A DNA stretch of 53,392 nt, filler included, from Sphacelaria rigidula (Eukaryota), in the NCBI GenBank assembly GCA_964200075.2. It is 4 parts of 4 records of this genome, joined end to end, with 100 filler letters (N's around TTAATTAATTAA, not from the genome) between each part and the next. Parts side by side here need not be neighbours in the genome. Positions count along the whole stretch, not along the records: positions 13,376 to 26,648 come from CAXNAA020003009.1; positions 26,749 to 40,020 come from CAXNAA020003010.1; 2 more parts are not named here. The stretch is one strand, 5' to 3'. Shown piece after piece: positions 24,622 to 37,878 of this stretch. The notes under the pieces were generated by a model. The model was not told the origin of the DNA. It searched no databases and saw only the letters and a program-made list of their open reading frames with translations. The position numbers and the translations under genes were made by a program. Each line of letters starts with the position of its first letter. The first letter of the stretch is position 1.

Positions 24622-25493
24622 ATTATCAATACCTACCAGCAGATGAAGGAATGGAACCATATTTCGAAGAATTGGCGTGGATACGAAGATTTGAAGAGTT
24701 CAGTTTTCCGGGTTATCATCCTCAATGAAAAGCTCCATCCTCAATTTTGATGAGAGGCTCTTATGGAATGCAACAGCAACGGCGTTCTTCGCGACTTAGG
24801 GACGACACGTTTCGATGCCCCCTCTGCCATCGCCTGGTTTCTCCCTTCGCGCGCCACTGCACTCCTTACACTCTGGATCATCTGCGTGCTCGAATAGTTA
24901 CATAACTCCGGGAACAACGGGCGGAACATCGAGCACAGGGCACAGATCAACCGAGGCACCGAGATAGAAAAGGCGATGTTTCAGGGTAGCCAGGCCTACG
25001 AGTTCGTGGGGTGTTTTCGGGAAGACGGAGTAGACCTGGCGCTCGAGGAGTGGGGCGGCCATCACCCGTACATGACCACACAGGTGTGCCTGGAGTTCGT
25101 ACCGCCAGTTGGTGTCATGCGCACGATGATCTCGCGAAAATAACTGCTGCGGGCGGGTTCTTTTATTTTTTTTCTACATCTCTGCATGTTTACGATACAA
25201 GCTTACGTCTAGACCGTCGCAGGTGCATCCTGTATTTTTGTGAGAGGATGGTTGGGTGTGATGGGTATGTATTATTGCGTGTTTGATCGATCAATACTGT
25301 AATGGGCGGATTTCCACCACCGTGGAGGACAACGTCCACCCTTCGCAGGAGCACTATAATGCACTACTTGCGGAAGCTTGCTACATGTAGAAAGCCACGA
25401 CCGGGCACGGTATGAAAATGCGCAGCATGGTACCCAGTCGCGGACGTCCCAATCCGGCCACCTCTTTGATGAAACGGCTATTGCCCTAGATCG

Positions 25494-25545
25494 GGGGGTG
25501 TACTCATGATGTTGCATGCCGTCGTTATAAGATCACAACCCTCAC
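25494..25545 (+). mobile_element. GGGGGTGTACTCATGAT MITE-family terminus; an oppositely oriented terminus lies at 26768-26819 across a gap
   Basis: ggggggtgtactcatgatgttgcatgcc matches the reverse complement of ggcatgcatgatcatgagtacacccccc. Confidence 0.65.
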
Positions 25546-26277
25546 ATCCCTACAAAGCCGGGACGGAGCACGCCGGGTTTTCGCCGGACCCGGCTCGTAG
25601 TCACCAAGCGCGAAGCGCCGTGATCTGCTCGGCGAGTCGAATGAAGGGTGAGCTGCATCGTGCTAAGATTCTTCGCCCCGAATTGTACTAGCTATATTGC
25701 ACGTGGGTGAGAGCTTCCGATGAGTTGCTCCATTTCGTGGTATCGCCTCTTGCAAAGACAGCCACGGCTTATACAATGCCTCATGGGTGTCTCACCATTT
25801 GAGCACTACGCAGTACGACCATCCCATTTGTCGTGCAATGTGATCCATCTCCTAGGTCCACAGCTCGTAAAAGTAGGGCGGCGGGTGCACTGCACCGTAT
25901 TGACAGCGTTTTTTTAGTGAGTTCGACCCCTACACTTGCCTTGAGCAAAGCTTCCGAACGCTCGAGGCACCTACCCCACATGACTGCCGCGAGGCGGTCT
26001 AATCGAGCCTCAGGGTAATCGGCACACGAACCCACTTGCAGAATAAGTGTTGGGTGAGGTTTCCTTTTTCCTTCGAGGATATATATATATATATATATCA
26101 AGCTATATATAGAGAGGTAGCAAGATATAGATGTAGATATATGATCTAACTCAACCATCATTGTCACCGCAAAAAAACGCAAGCGATATTTTTTTCTCAA
26201 CCTGATTGCCTAGGTTACGCAGTGAGTGGCGTGTTCTACAGCGTCGCTGCCAACCGACGCCAGCCCTCAAAAGGTAG

Positions 26278-26544
26278 GACATGTCGGACAGGTCATGATC
26301 CGTCTGGAATAACTAACTAACCGATGAAAGAAGACTGTCGGATCAGGAGGTCCAAAAACACATAATATATGACCGCGGAGTCGGGAAAGCAAAAGCGCAA
26401 AATTTGCGCTACTTGGCGTGCTCGGCGCCCGGCGCTGAAGGGAGAAAATATGGAAAAGGGTGGGGAAATGGTCCGGATTATGATCCGGATCAGTACACTG
26501 GGAGGAAGTAATTTTGAGACGGATCATGATCTGCCCGACGTGTG
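26278..26544. mobile_element. MITE with 8-bp TSD (hAT or P superfamily)
   Basis: TIR gacatgtcggacaggtcatgatcc / ggatcatgatctgcccgacgtgtg. Perfect TSD aaaggtag at 26270-77 and 26545-52. Confidence 0.9.
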
Positions 26545-26871
26545 AAAGGTAGAACCAGGGTGGGGTGGGGGGGGGGGGGGGGGGAGGGAAAGGATAGTCT
26601 TAGCCCGCGCGGGGGGGGGGAGAGAGTAAATTAGAACGGGGGGGAAACNNNNNNNNNNNNNNNNNNNNNNNNNNNNNNNNNNNNNNNNNNNNTTAATTAA
26701 TTAANNNNNNNNNNNNNNNNNNNNNNNNNNNNNNNNNNNNNNNNNNNNGGCTTTAAAGGAATACGAGGTCAATGGTCTTGTGACTATGGCATGCATGATC
26801 ATGAGTACACCCCCCCCCTGCGGTCGTCGAGACGAATTGAACAACGGACGAGAAGTAGGAATATACTAGTA

Positions 26872-26944
26872 GGCCCTGTTGCAGGTTGCCCTTGAGCGAA
26901 AAGTTGCCCTTAACCGGGCGTTGCCCTTAACCTGCAACAGGCCC
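26872..26944. mobile_element. 73-bp mini inverted-repeat element (possibly PIF/Harbinger-like)
   Basis: cctgttgcaggtt / aacctgcaacagg TIR enclosing three gttgccctt direct repeats. Confidence 0.6.
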
Positions 26945-28839
26945 GACGGAGGAAGCCAAAACACGTGTTCCCGAGGGACACAGCAACAACATCAGCCGAA
27001 GACGACTCAAAACCCAGATTTTATTCAGCTCACCCTTCGTTACCCTTCTTTAAAATCGAGGAGATCGAGGATACCCCGATGTTGGTCATCGCGTAGCACC
27101 CCCTGGGGGTTCGTACACAACCTTCCGTCCTCCCGCCGGCCGCCTCGAAAATGAAACCGTCCTGGATCAACAACCACCGGTCGCTGTGATTACGCCGCAT
27201 TTCCAGCAGGCGCTTGTACAGACAGTAGTCCGGTGTAGTATAGACAGTATATTGTACATGTGCAACTTCTGAGCTTTGAACGTCCATCTCATCACCAACA
27301 GCACGGAGCGCCTCGGAACGGAGAGAAACCCAGGGATAGGTACGTTCCTTTGTGGGAATGTGACTTGTCGATGTGGTGGATACTGATATAGTGCGTACTG
27401 TCGTCAGCATCGAGGATCCTATGCGGGTATTGATGTGTCCATGTACGGTAAGCTACAGTACATGCAAAACGCTCGTGTACGGGATATAACACCCCCACAT
27501 GAGCGCTTTGCTAACCTCGATTTTCTCGAATGGGGACCTTGTGCAGTCCTCAGAAGTGGATTTCGTCATGACTTTCGGAGAAAAATCTCCTAGTGATTCA
27601 CATTCTAGTGTCGCGGGTGCCATGATGTCTTGAAGAACCAACGTCGATGATCGAAAGATTATCACGTTGCCTTTCCGATCTGCGGTCACTGCACAGTACT
27701 GAGTTCTGTCCCGTGCGGTCTGTTGGGTTCATGACAGAGTTCAGGCGTGCGACTGTGCACCTGATGGGTTATCTGCTGCTGACTGCTTCACTGACTACTG
27801 TGTTGTGCTAGAAATAGGGGAAGGGGGTTAAAAAACGGAGGGGATCTTGTGCTCTTGCTTCCGTGCAGTGACTTTTACCCCGGTTTTAGAGAAGTTGTGG
27901 GCATACGCTGCTGTTGTTGTCTGTTCAACAATTACGTTACTGTTACACCACAGCACAGACAGCTCGACAATACCCTACGGTACGCTCAAATGGTGTATGT
28001 TATGCCCACGTCCTATTCTGCTCCACACTTCTGTCTGTGCTGCACAGTATTGTACTCTGCTGTACACTGCTATACTTTACTGTTGTACTGAACCGAAGTG
28101 CGCAGTGCGCGAGTGTACTACTGACTGGCTTGGCCGTTTTACGCACTCTCTGTCCTCTCCTGTTGCATGATCGTTTCCCGTTTCCTCCGTGCCGTACACG
28201 CGTAAGCTACTGCTGTCGCCATATGCTCCGCTCGACCTAAAAGATCATTGATCATTGTATATGACTGTCGCCCGCTTTGTGAGGGTGGGCATGTTTCTCT
28301 GTATTTTTAAAGCCTCTTGCTGAGGTTGTTGCTCAGCACCGCTGTTTTCGCCGCCACCGCTATTTCAGTGCGAACCAGTGACTTCCCCCCCCCCCGAGAG
28401 GGCCTCGAACAGACCTTACTGTGTTCAGTCCGCGTCGGCCAAGGCTTTGATAGATCTCGACTCCTGCTGATCGCCCGCATCATGTCTACAAGTATTATTT
28501 TGCAAATTTACAGGAATCACCGGGAACGTGACCAAGCAGTTCGGTGGTAAGCTGTGCCACGTGCGAACCGGAACATGCATACGGTGTACTTGATATATTT
28601 TGAGGTGTTTTGCATTGCTCTGTTTTTAGGGGGTGGGTTTTTACCCGATAGGATCATTCCAATCCTTGATTCATCATAACGGGGTTTTGTCTCGTGATGC
28701 AAATGTTGAGATACACATGGCAACGAAGAGGTGATCAGTGACAAAAACGTAAAGCGTGGATATATGACGCATGTATGCAACAAACAGGGATATGTGACGC
28801 AATATGCACACCTTGGACAAGGGGGTGATGCACATAGTT

Positions 28840-30648
28840 CACAAGTCGGATAGCTCATGAGCTAGCTCATCTGCGAGCTGTAACTCACTTTAGTCAAACA
28901 TGTACATGCGAGCTATGTCATGTACATGCGAGCTAAATCGGATAGCTAACCCAAAATGAGCGTACGCTGATGAGCTAAGGGGTGGTAGCTCACCCAGAAC
29001 AAACGTGCGTAGCTCATGTAGCTCTCATATATTTCCCAGGGCGAATATGAGCTGATGAGCTACGGGTTGGTCGCTCACTCATTGAATAGGGCAAACATGC
29101 GTAGCTCATGCAGCTCACATACTTCACCCAGGGCGAATGTTAGCTGATGAGCACGGCTTGGTAGCTCACCTAGGGCAAACATGCGTAGCTCATGATGCTC
29201 TCATAGTTCACCCAGGAAAATCACGTGTAGCTCACGCAGCTCTTATAGCTCACCCGGGAAAACATATATGGATGAGCTACGCTCGATAGCTCCCTCAAGG
29301 CAAACATGTGTAGCTCACGCAGCTCTTATAGCTCACCGGGGGAAAGCATGAGTGAATGAGCTACGCCCGGTAGCTCACCCCGGGAACAAATACTTATAGC
29401 TCACTCACGTCATGTGCCTGGCTCGCCGCTGGCAAACTCGGTGTCGCTCATGATGTTACGTTGTTCGAATGGACGGCGTAACATATCATCAGGATGTGGT
29501 TTTCTGCCTCACTTTTCGGGGTAAGAAGAAAAGAGCTCAACACGAATCCTCGTTCGCCTGGTCGAATGGTTCAAAACATGACTAAGATCCGGTGTCTTTG
29601 ATGATCGATCAATTCATTGCTTTTGAACGATTCGCGGCGAGGGTACGAGTACATCTATCTGGCCATGCATACTTGTTTCAAGTGAAATGGAAGCCGATTC
29701 AACAGATGACCAGTGCCCATCGTCAGATTGGTTAACTCGTTGACCGCGAGGGTAGGTGATATGTGAAATCAGCATAATTCATATTTTTTTGGTGTGAATG
29801 GTTCCAATTCAATTGATCCCTTACCCTCGCGGTCAAAGGGTTGAACAATCAAATATTCCATGTGTGTTCAATTCTTCCTCCATATCGATCGCCTGTTGCG
29901 GAGGATACTGATCCACGCGGTATCATTTCCGACTGAAGCGCCGCTAGAGCTGCTGCTCCCGGCGGTCGCCATGTAGGGCGGGTTGTGTGTGCGTGTGATT
30001 ATGTGTCCGTGTGGTAGGTGCGGTGGGGATGGCTTCTGATGCGGTCATTGTTGATGTTTGCAAACGGCAAATCCATCACTGTACAAAGCGGAACCCAGGT
30101 GTGTACACATGTAACCGCTTTCACGCATCAACGTACATGAGCATCGGAACATGAACAACTCCAAAATCGGGTTAGCTCCCGTTGCTATTTAGCTACAACA
30201 GGGCAAACATGCGCGAATGAGCTACGTCCGGTAGCTCACCCAGGGCAATCATGCGTAGCTCACCTATCTCTCGTAGCTCACCGAGAGAAAACGTGCGTAT
30301 CTCATGTAGCTCTCATAGCTCATCCAGGACACACGTGCACAGCTCATGCAGCTTTCATAGCTCACCCAGGGCGACTATGACCTTATGAGCCACCGGTTGG
30401 GAACTAACCTAGGGCAAGCATGCGTAGCTCGGGCAGCTCTCATAGCTCACCCAGGGCAAATATAAGCTGATGAGCTACGGGTTGGTAGCCCACCTCGGGC
30501 AAACCTACGTAGCTCATGCTGCTCTTATAGCTTACCCAATAAAAACATGCGTAGCTCGCGTAGCTCGCGTAGCTTTCGTAGCTCACTAGGGAGCTACGCC
30601 AAAAAAGAGCTGGCTCGAGCTACAGGGAGCTGATCTGTCCGACGTGTG
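28840..30648. mobile_element. 1.8-kb non-autonomous TIR element (same TIR family as 26278-26544) with AGCT-rich subterminal arrays
   Basis: cacaagtcggatag ... ctgtccgacgtgtg; TSD acatagtt / aaatagtt (7 of 8). Many tagctcacccagggcaaacatgcgtagctcatg units at 28850-29410 and 30170-30630. No ORF of 60 aa or more. Confidence 0.85.
29736..29840. mobile_element. piggyBac-type mini-MITE (copy 2), nested
   Basis: ttaa|ctcgttgaccgcgagggta ... taccctcgcggtcaaaggg|ttga. Confidence 0.7.
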
Positions 30649-31639
30649 AAATAGTTGCAAATAGGCGACAGGCTCGATACTTTACGTAGCACACGATTCA
30701 AAGGCAACTATTGTACCATCTATTGACCAAGGTGTGCTTTTATTGTGACATTTCTGTTTTTCTAATGAAGAACTATGGATAATTGTTGGCACTATTTTTG
30801 AACATGTGAACTCTTCTGTCTACACTCGAGAGGGCGATTTTTACTTCATTCTTCTGCGCGGATGATGTGTAGTCGTGTATACCTTGCAGTAGACAGTATT
30901 TTTTACTTTTTCGAACGTGTTTAGGTAGCACCCGTGGACGATGGGTGTGGTCTATCTCACGCAGGATAGAGGGCGTGTAGATGAAAGCTTCTTACTTGGC
31001 GTAGGGTGTACGGAGCGCGTGTGTACGCGAAGTGGACCTGGAGGTGGTAAGCCTTGCAGGGGCAGGGCTTGGGACAAGGAATAAAGTGACCCAACGTGGG
31101 CGCTGGGTACCAGCATCCAGCGCGAGGAGTACAACCATAGCTCGGACTGGGCATTGGATTGTGACATTCCATGGTCAACAGGTCCGAGTTGACAAGCCCG
31201 GGTCGTCAGTAAGCGGGTCGAGTCATACAGAGGCGCTAATCACACGTGAGCATCTATACTTTACAACCACAGATACTGTTCTGGGGCTCTACGAACTTCG
31301 TAGCAGATAACTACCGAGTACTGGGTATGTTACTATGACTTTGCCCGCCCTTCATGAGCTTGGAGCGGGGTGTGTTTCAAATTGCAAAGGGCCCAAACTC
31401 ACCGAAACGAGAAGCCAGCAACAAGACAAGAACACGTTTGTATGACGATATCCATTTGGCTGGTCGGTGTTCTGTAACTGTATGCCCCTATAATCCTAAC
31501 CCCCTTTCATTACCACCATGTACTTGAGATATAGAGCACAAAATACACGACCATAGATGCAGAAATGCACCGGAACGAAGTCGTGGAAAATAAGGGGTCA
31601 TACCTCCCGGCCTCCTGCGTCCTGCTTCCTACCCGCCTC

Positions 31640-31900
31640 TCGTTTTCTTCGCCCTCTGTTGTACTTCGCTGTCACCGCGGTTTGTATGTAATCGCCTAAC
31701 GCGCTCTCGTGGTTGCTATCCAAGACCCCGAACGAGGAGCGGAAATACTCTTTCAATGAACGCTTAGCGACCACGACTGGATGAGCACAGTATCCTTGAC
31801 TACACTTGACCATGCCGGAAATTCGCGCTTATTTCCATGCCAAGACGCCATCAAGTCGCATCCTTCGCCTGTACTTACTTGGAGAAAATGTCCATGAAGA
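31640..31900 (-). pseudogene. hAT transposase C-terminal dimerisation-domain remnant
   Basis: Across frameshifts: DLMASWHGNKREFPAWSSVVKDTVLIQS..., IERVFPLL, HESALGDYIQTAVTAKYN. Matches the hAT W...P...SS..ERxFS pattern. Confidence 0.65.
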
Positions 31901-34900
31901 GACTTTGCGCTTCCTTGCAAGGAAGGTCCTTGCCTGCTTCTGCTGCTGTTGCCGCCTCTACCTGCCCCGCATCTGCGGCCGGCGACGACGAGGCACGCCC
32001 ACCCCCACAGCTGTCTGAAACAGCCTGCGTTATGTTTGCAGAGTTTGAGCTCGCGAGAAAGTACGGCAACCCTCACCGCCGCTACTGTCGTGACTGTTGC
32101 TACTGTACGTCAGTATAGAGGAAGCCATTCTCTCCCTCGTCCGTGGTCGGCTACGCACAACTTCTGTTCCCTGCTGAAGTTTGCAGTCTGGTACATGTTG
32201 TTGACCTACAGCAGTCTTGGGCCTATAAGCGCGCGCGCTACCTCGGAAAACGTACCGCCGTACCATTTGTTGTAACCCAACAGTGTGTTCGCGAGACTCT
32301 TAGATTCACTATTGGCAGCAGAAAATGAGTATATAGGACAAACACATGACACTCATGCGCGAAACGTGACAGTTTGAGGTTGTCATGTAACAATTTGAAT
32401 TCGTCATACCTACGACAAAAAAAGGCGAAGATGTAAAAACATGACACCCTCTTCTGTCGTCTCGTGGTAATGGAGAATGAGTGAAAGAATCGTACAATCC
32501 CGACCTGATAGACCCATTGTTTCACTTTATTTCCTCATTTCTGCGCGTTCTACTGAACATGCCCCAAGCAGTAATTATCTTAGCCTGTTCGAGTAGAAAT
32601 GCGGCGCAAGCAGCCATCGAATCACATGAAGGTCCAAAGATTGTCACGTGCCACCGTGAGAAGCGTGTGCTCGACAGGCCAACGCGTGCCCCGATACCTA
32701 CCGACATTCAGCCCCGATACCTGACGCGGAGGGATAACCCCAGTCCACCGCAGCACGACGCATTTTGTTCAGTGTTACTGGTGAGATAATGGGCAAGTAG
32801 CGGTGATCTGGGGGGACGTTTTGTCGCTTTTCCTCGCCGACGGCTTCGGTTCGATGTACCGCATTTATTCCATGACAGACGATGTCGCTTCAGTTCGTAA
32901 CCTATAGGCACAAGAACAGACAGGTGGCCAATGAGCTGAGTGAGAACTACGATGTGAGCTATCGGGCACTGCATCGGGCGCAGTGTTTCTCGTGATCACG
33001 GTGTGAACAACGTTGAGGTGGGTGATATCATTCGCTATTGATTGTGAACACTCACCATTTTGCCTGTGTGCACTTGCAAGTTCGCTCAGTCCTCTACCGC
33101 GCGAAACGAGCGAACTTGCTCTCAGTCGCTTCCGCTGCTTTATTTTGCTGGCTGAAGAAAAAAACTAGTAAAACACGCCTTCAAGGACATATCCAGCAGG
33201 CAGTTGTTTTGCCCAGATCACGTCAAATGTCATCCAATTTCAAATGTCCCCACTATTGCACCCCACAAGAGCGGAAGGGGTACAATGGTCGGGTCAAAGG
33301 TCAAATGTCGAACATCAGAGGCAGATTCCCTGTTCAGCGCGCTGTGCTCACCACATACAAGTTGCCAATGCGAGGGCCACTGGTGTATAGTATTTTCCAT
33401 CATGCTTGTCTTGGGAGCACTTACCAACAAATACACCGGCCGAGGGCATAGTTTCGCCTTGGGCGTTTCTGTACCCTATTGTACATGTGTACGCACCCCG
33501 TATCCGAGAGCGTTTCCATTGTGGGAGCGCTCGCACTACTTCAGTCAACGCTTCGAGAAAGCTTCACGGCTCCAGGTCCGTGTCTAAGGGTCCTTGAATG
33601 ATTTATTTCATCACCCCGGGAGAGAAATTCACCAGGTTTCGAATGTAAACCTTGACCGCATGAGCGCGATGTTAGGGTTGACCTTGCTCATGCTTGACCC
33701 ACATGGTATTCGAATGACTTGGATTGCTTGCACTGTATCAAAGTAGTCCATTGGTCCGTGATCAAGTCGAGTGGTTCGTGATGGGGCACTCTCAAAGTCA
33801 CAGCAAGTCAGCTGTTATATATTTTGCATAACCTGTCAGTAGTGTGCGTCCCGGATTGTCCTGTACTTTGACAGGACAAGGAGTGGAGGTTTCTTGTGCC
33901 ATATGGGTATAGGGAGCAAAAATATACCATGTTGGTCACATGTCATAAGTCGACAACCCCGACGGTTTACATGGGTTAGCTGGGTTCGATCGAAAGCGTA
34001 ACAAGACAACCAGTTTCTTGTAGGCCACTGAGGCTCGATTCTCCGTATCCAAGGCAATATTCGTTCGTTTCGGGGTACCTGCTGTAGACAGGCGCGGGTT
34101 AATCCTACCACCTTCTATGATTGAAATCGTCACTCACTGTGTTTTTCATGAATATTCGTGTGTGTAGGCCACAAAATGACCATATTTTCAAGATAACACT
34201 GCTCCACAGCTGCCATGATTTACACACAGCCTGAACACAAGTTTTACGGAAAGTCCTACTCCGGGGCACCACTTGCTTGTACGCGGTGTCCGGTGAACGT
34301 TCTGTATGGATAGCGCTAAAATTCGCCAAGACTCTCGACCAGAGTCGCCGCTGAACACGCAAACCTGACGTTCCAAATCTTGGAGAAGAATTTGAGAAGC
34401 AACGGGTATGTATGTTGGAGTGCAGCCTATCGTGCAGACGGCCAGAAAGATCATCAGCAGCACGAGCACCACCGTCGACCAAGGTTGTGCTGTGGGAACA
34501 AGCAGATCTGTAGGAGAGTAGCGCTTTCTGGACACTTTTATACCTCGCTGGACTGATGCATGCTGCAGCAGTTGCGGCGCCCCCCTACCCGCAGCGAACA
34601 CACGGTTTCACTTACACCGCACCATCTGGGTGTGTATCTGGCGAGCGCAGACCGTCTGGGGCGAAGCCCGTGCCCCACGGTAGCTTGAGCATAGCGCGGC
34701 AGTACTGTAAAGGCACCTCATTATACGGAGTAGGCGAGCATACACGTAGTCACCGCCGAAGATGCGGCCAGGAGACGCCTGGGGGTTGAGGACTATGTGT
34801 TGGTTCATGGGGGGGGCATGAGGACAGATTCTCATTGGCTCGTCATACATTGAAAGGACCCATAGCATGGTCGGGGTGTCAGGTTCACCCATGAAGACGG

Positions 34901-35511
34901 ATCACAATTGGATTGTGACCAAATAGCGCAGGGCAGGGCTTAGCATCAAATGTTTTTTTGTCTGCAGCATTGATGTGCGAGAGCTTGACGTTCCATAATC
35001 AAGAGATAATCTTGTTTCGCCATGCACAACCCCCAGCTGACGCGGAAGACCCCAGCTACATGTTACAACAGCTAGAGGAGCTGCTCATGTAGGTCTGCTG
35101 ACGTGAGCTCATGAAAGTTTGAGCCATGCAGATGCAGCCACCACTTGAGAGCCTCTTATTTGCGCAAAACTCGTGGTTTTATTGGCCACTCCAAACTGAG
35201 CCCCCATCCTTATTTCGACCAGACTTTGGCTGCTGAAATGGCGGGGTTCTTGTTCATATTCCGGTGTTTGCGCAGCTTAAATGCTATAAACTGACGTTCT
35301 TACTTATAGCCACAGTTTTCATTTCGTAAGTCGAACGGATTCTTGTTCTTATTGGCATCTGAATGGCCAAGCTCTTATTTTCGAAAGTTTTGAGTCTGAA
35401 GTTGTTAGCTGCCAACTTCTGAGGTGGTGGTCGCATCTGTAACTGATTGACAACCCAGGCATCTAGTCTCGCGGGTCTTGGACGCCTGATGCAAGTAGGC
35501 TTGTAACACTT

Positions 35512-35751
35512 GAAGGGTATGCGGGGTAAATTGAATACCCGGGTATTTACTTTCCCGAGTGTTGTGTTGCGATGGCCCGACTTCCACACTCTATCCACAT
35601 ATTCGGTAAACTTCCGTACGATCGTAGTACTCTACCCAACATCTGGCAGCTGTTGAGTACGATCTCAATACCCTACCCGAGTTTTGGGTGCTTGGAATAC
35701 GATTTCTCAAAATATTCAGATGTAGGAAATACCCTGCCCAACACGCCCTTG
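35512..35751. mobile_element. hAT-type MITE with 8-bp TSD
   Basis: gaagggtatgcggggta ... taccctgcccaacacgcccttg; TSD taacactt / taacattt (7 of 8); internal tacccg repeats. Confidence 0.7.
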
Positions 35752-35759
35752 TAACATTT

Positions 35760-36200
35760 CTCCCAGAAGCCAACCACCGCCACACTCCAACGAAGTTTTG
35801 GATTCGTCGTGGTCACTATCGAGCTTCAACACCTCGAAACTCGAATGTTCAACACCTCAAAAGATCGTCTCGACACGGTTTACAACTCCTAACGCTGCTT
35901 GGTACAGCAACGGGTACCGCCGTTCCAACGCGATGCATCACCCCGCCAGCACGGATCCTAATATGGAGCACCCGCCGGCATAAACGTCCTATGCCTTCGT
36001 TACAGATCTTGTGCAAGTTGTAGGGTAGACCCGAGATAAGTGCTGGTCGCGTGACGCTGGGATAACGCTTGCTGACCCTTGCTGTTTGTTGGTGCACATT
36101 CATCATCAAAGTCCTTGAGTTCATCGATTGATTGGTGGCTTCATCACCCATCACAGAGAGTTATGCTGCGAATCCAACCGTGACCATAATATTGAGTGTA
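35760..36200 (+). pseudogene. Possible highly decayed non-LTR (LINE) reverse-transcriptase fragment
   Basis: One frame with stops gives EVLDS...STRFTTP...NGYRRSNA...SYAFVTDLV...LIGGFI, spaced like RT motifs 4, 5 and 7. Confidence 0.3.
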
Positions 36201-36699
36201 CCGCAAAAATACTGAGCTCAGTACAGGGATGCGTATTGGACGGCACACACTCCGAATGTTCTGCTTTCCATCGCGCATTTCTACGGAACCACCTAAATGT
36301 TTATAAATCTTGACGCAAAAAAGTCGGACCTGCGTATGTTGCAAAAGCTCTCGGCGCTATATTTTCTACTGTCAACCACGGACAGACCTCGTGTGATCGG
36401 GCGCGCGCCGGGGGGTGCGTTCTGGACAGTGCTCCTGAGTGATTTTTCATGTCTAATCCGTGGTCGGCCAGAATCAACGGTTCTTCGTTGGCGGGCACAT
36501 TTCCGCAGGCTATACCCGTTTCCTGTTTTCGCGAACTTGTGCCTCTACTCCCCCGTCCTTCCTCGGGACGAAACCGCAGCCTGACGGGATCGACCGACCC
36601 ATCGTTCTCCTCTGGTACAGCTCCTGCCTCACGGTTCGGTATCGATCATCAGACCGGCACTCCCGCAGCCCGTCTACTCATAATCTAGTTTTTCAATTT

Positions 36700-36836
36700 T
36701 TACCGGCTCCCGTTGTCGCACATTCGGACTACGGAAACTATTTTGAAGGGGAGTACTATCAGGATTCGAACCCATGAAACCTGTCCCAAACTGGTGTTGA
36801 AGGGTGGTCGCAGGGTGACCACTCTATTGCGGAGGC
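36700..36836 (-). mobile_element. tRNA-derived SINE head
   Basis: On the - strand: tagagtggtca (A-box-like) and ggttcgaatcc (B-box, 36762-36772). No tRNA acceptor stem. Confidence 0.55.
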
Positions 36837-37274
36837 CCGTACCCCCTATGTTCTGCTGGTCCACAGCTGAGGGGTTGGTGTGAAGGCCTTGCTCTCTGGG
36901 CCCACCGGCGCATAGCCTGGATAGATTGAATCGATTGATTGTCGCGCTTTAGCTGTCCCGATGTTCTCACCCGAGAAAATGCGCTGCATGCAACACAGTT
37001 GTTACGCGGGCGGAGAAATTGCAGTTTGTAGGGAGGTGGTGCGCTTTCATCGATACAGATGTGCTGGGACCGACTTTTTATATACAGTACAGGACCTTGC
37101 GCAGCATTAGTGGCAAAACCTACCCCGTGTGTACGGTCTAATTGCTATCATCATTATGATGATTGTCGCTACCTTCGTTCTCCTTGTTATTTTTTGTTCT
37201 TGTTGTTGCCATTGCTGCTTGGTGTTCATGTTATGTTTCTCGTTACTGTACCGTTGTTTTTGTGGGCGGTACAG

Positions 37275-37467
37275 CGGCATGGACAGGCTTAAATTCGAAG
37301 ATGAGTTGCGGGCGCTAGACGTGTGCGCCAAGTGCCTGGACGAGAGCGCCAAGCCGCGGCGCAACCTGTTGAGATGTACCCGCTGTCGGATGGTTCTGTA
37401 CTGCAGCAAGGCTCACCAGACGGAGCACTGGCAAGAGCACAAGGCGTTTTGCAAGGCGCGAAAGTGA
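37275..37467 (+). CDS. Terminal exon encoding a MYND-type zinc finger
   Basis: GT-rich intron then acag| acceptor at 37273-74. CAKC...LLRCTRCRMVLYCSKAHQTEHWQEHKAFCK then TGA fits the zf-MYND pattern. Confidence 0.9.
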
Positions 37468-37878
37468 GTCGAACGAACTCCCTGAGGCGCATGAATGTCG
37501 GTGCATGATGCAAGAGATACCGGACACACAGCTTGAGGATACATCAAGAGGTTGTTGTCAGATGAACAACACAGCATGCACTCCCGCCGTTGGGCTGATT
37601 CGTGACGACATCAAATGCATCTCTCTGAAGAATGTCTGCCCCATGTTGGCGATTCGACGCTCAGTGTTTGTCACGAGAATGGGCTCGACGGGTTGTGTCT
37701 CCTCGGAGAGACTAGCTGCACTCTCCGAAAGGGTTTCCAGTGCAATTCACCGATTTTTTGTACACTCGGTTTGACTTTCGATCGGACCGCCAATTTGTCA
37801 TCAAAATCAAGGGAGGCACGCAGCGACATTTCTCAGAAACCTTACCCCGAAACCTTCAAGTTGGAAAACAATGTGCAT

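Noticed and set aside
28850..30630. Repeat arrays as CRISPR-like
   Set aside because: Units are degenerate and contiguous with no unique spacers or cas genes, and they lie inside a TIR/TSD-bounded eukaryotic element.
36750..36836. tRNA gene (also 19541-19620)
   Set aside because: A/B boxes present but no cloverleaf or acceptor stem; SINE heads fit better.
37129..37274. Hydrophobic Cys-rich N-terminus on the MYND ORF
   Set aside because: Translation of TG-rich intron sequence upstream of the splice acceptor.
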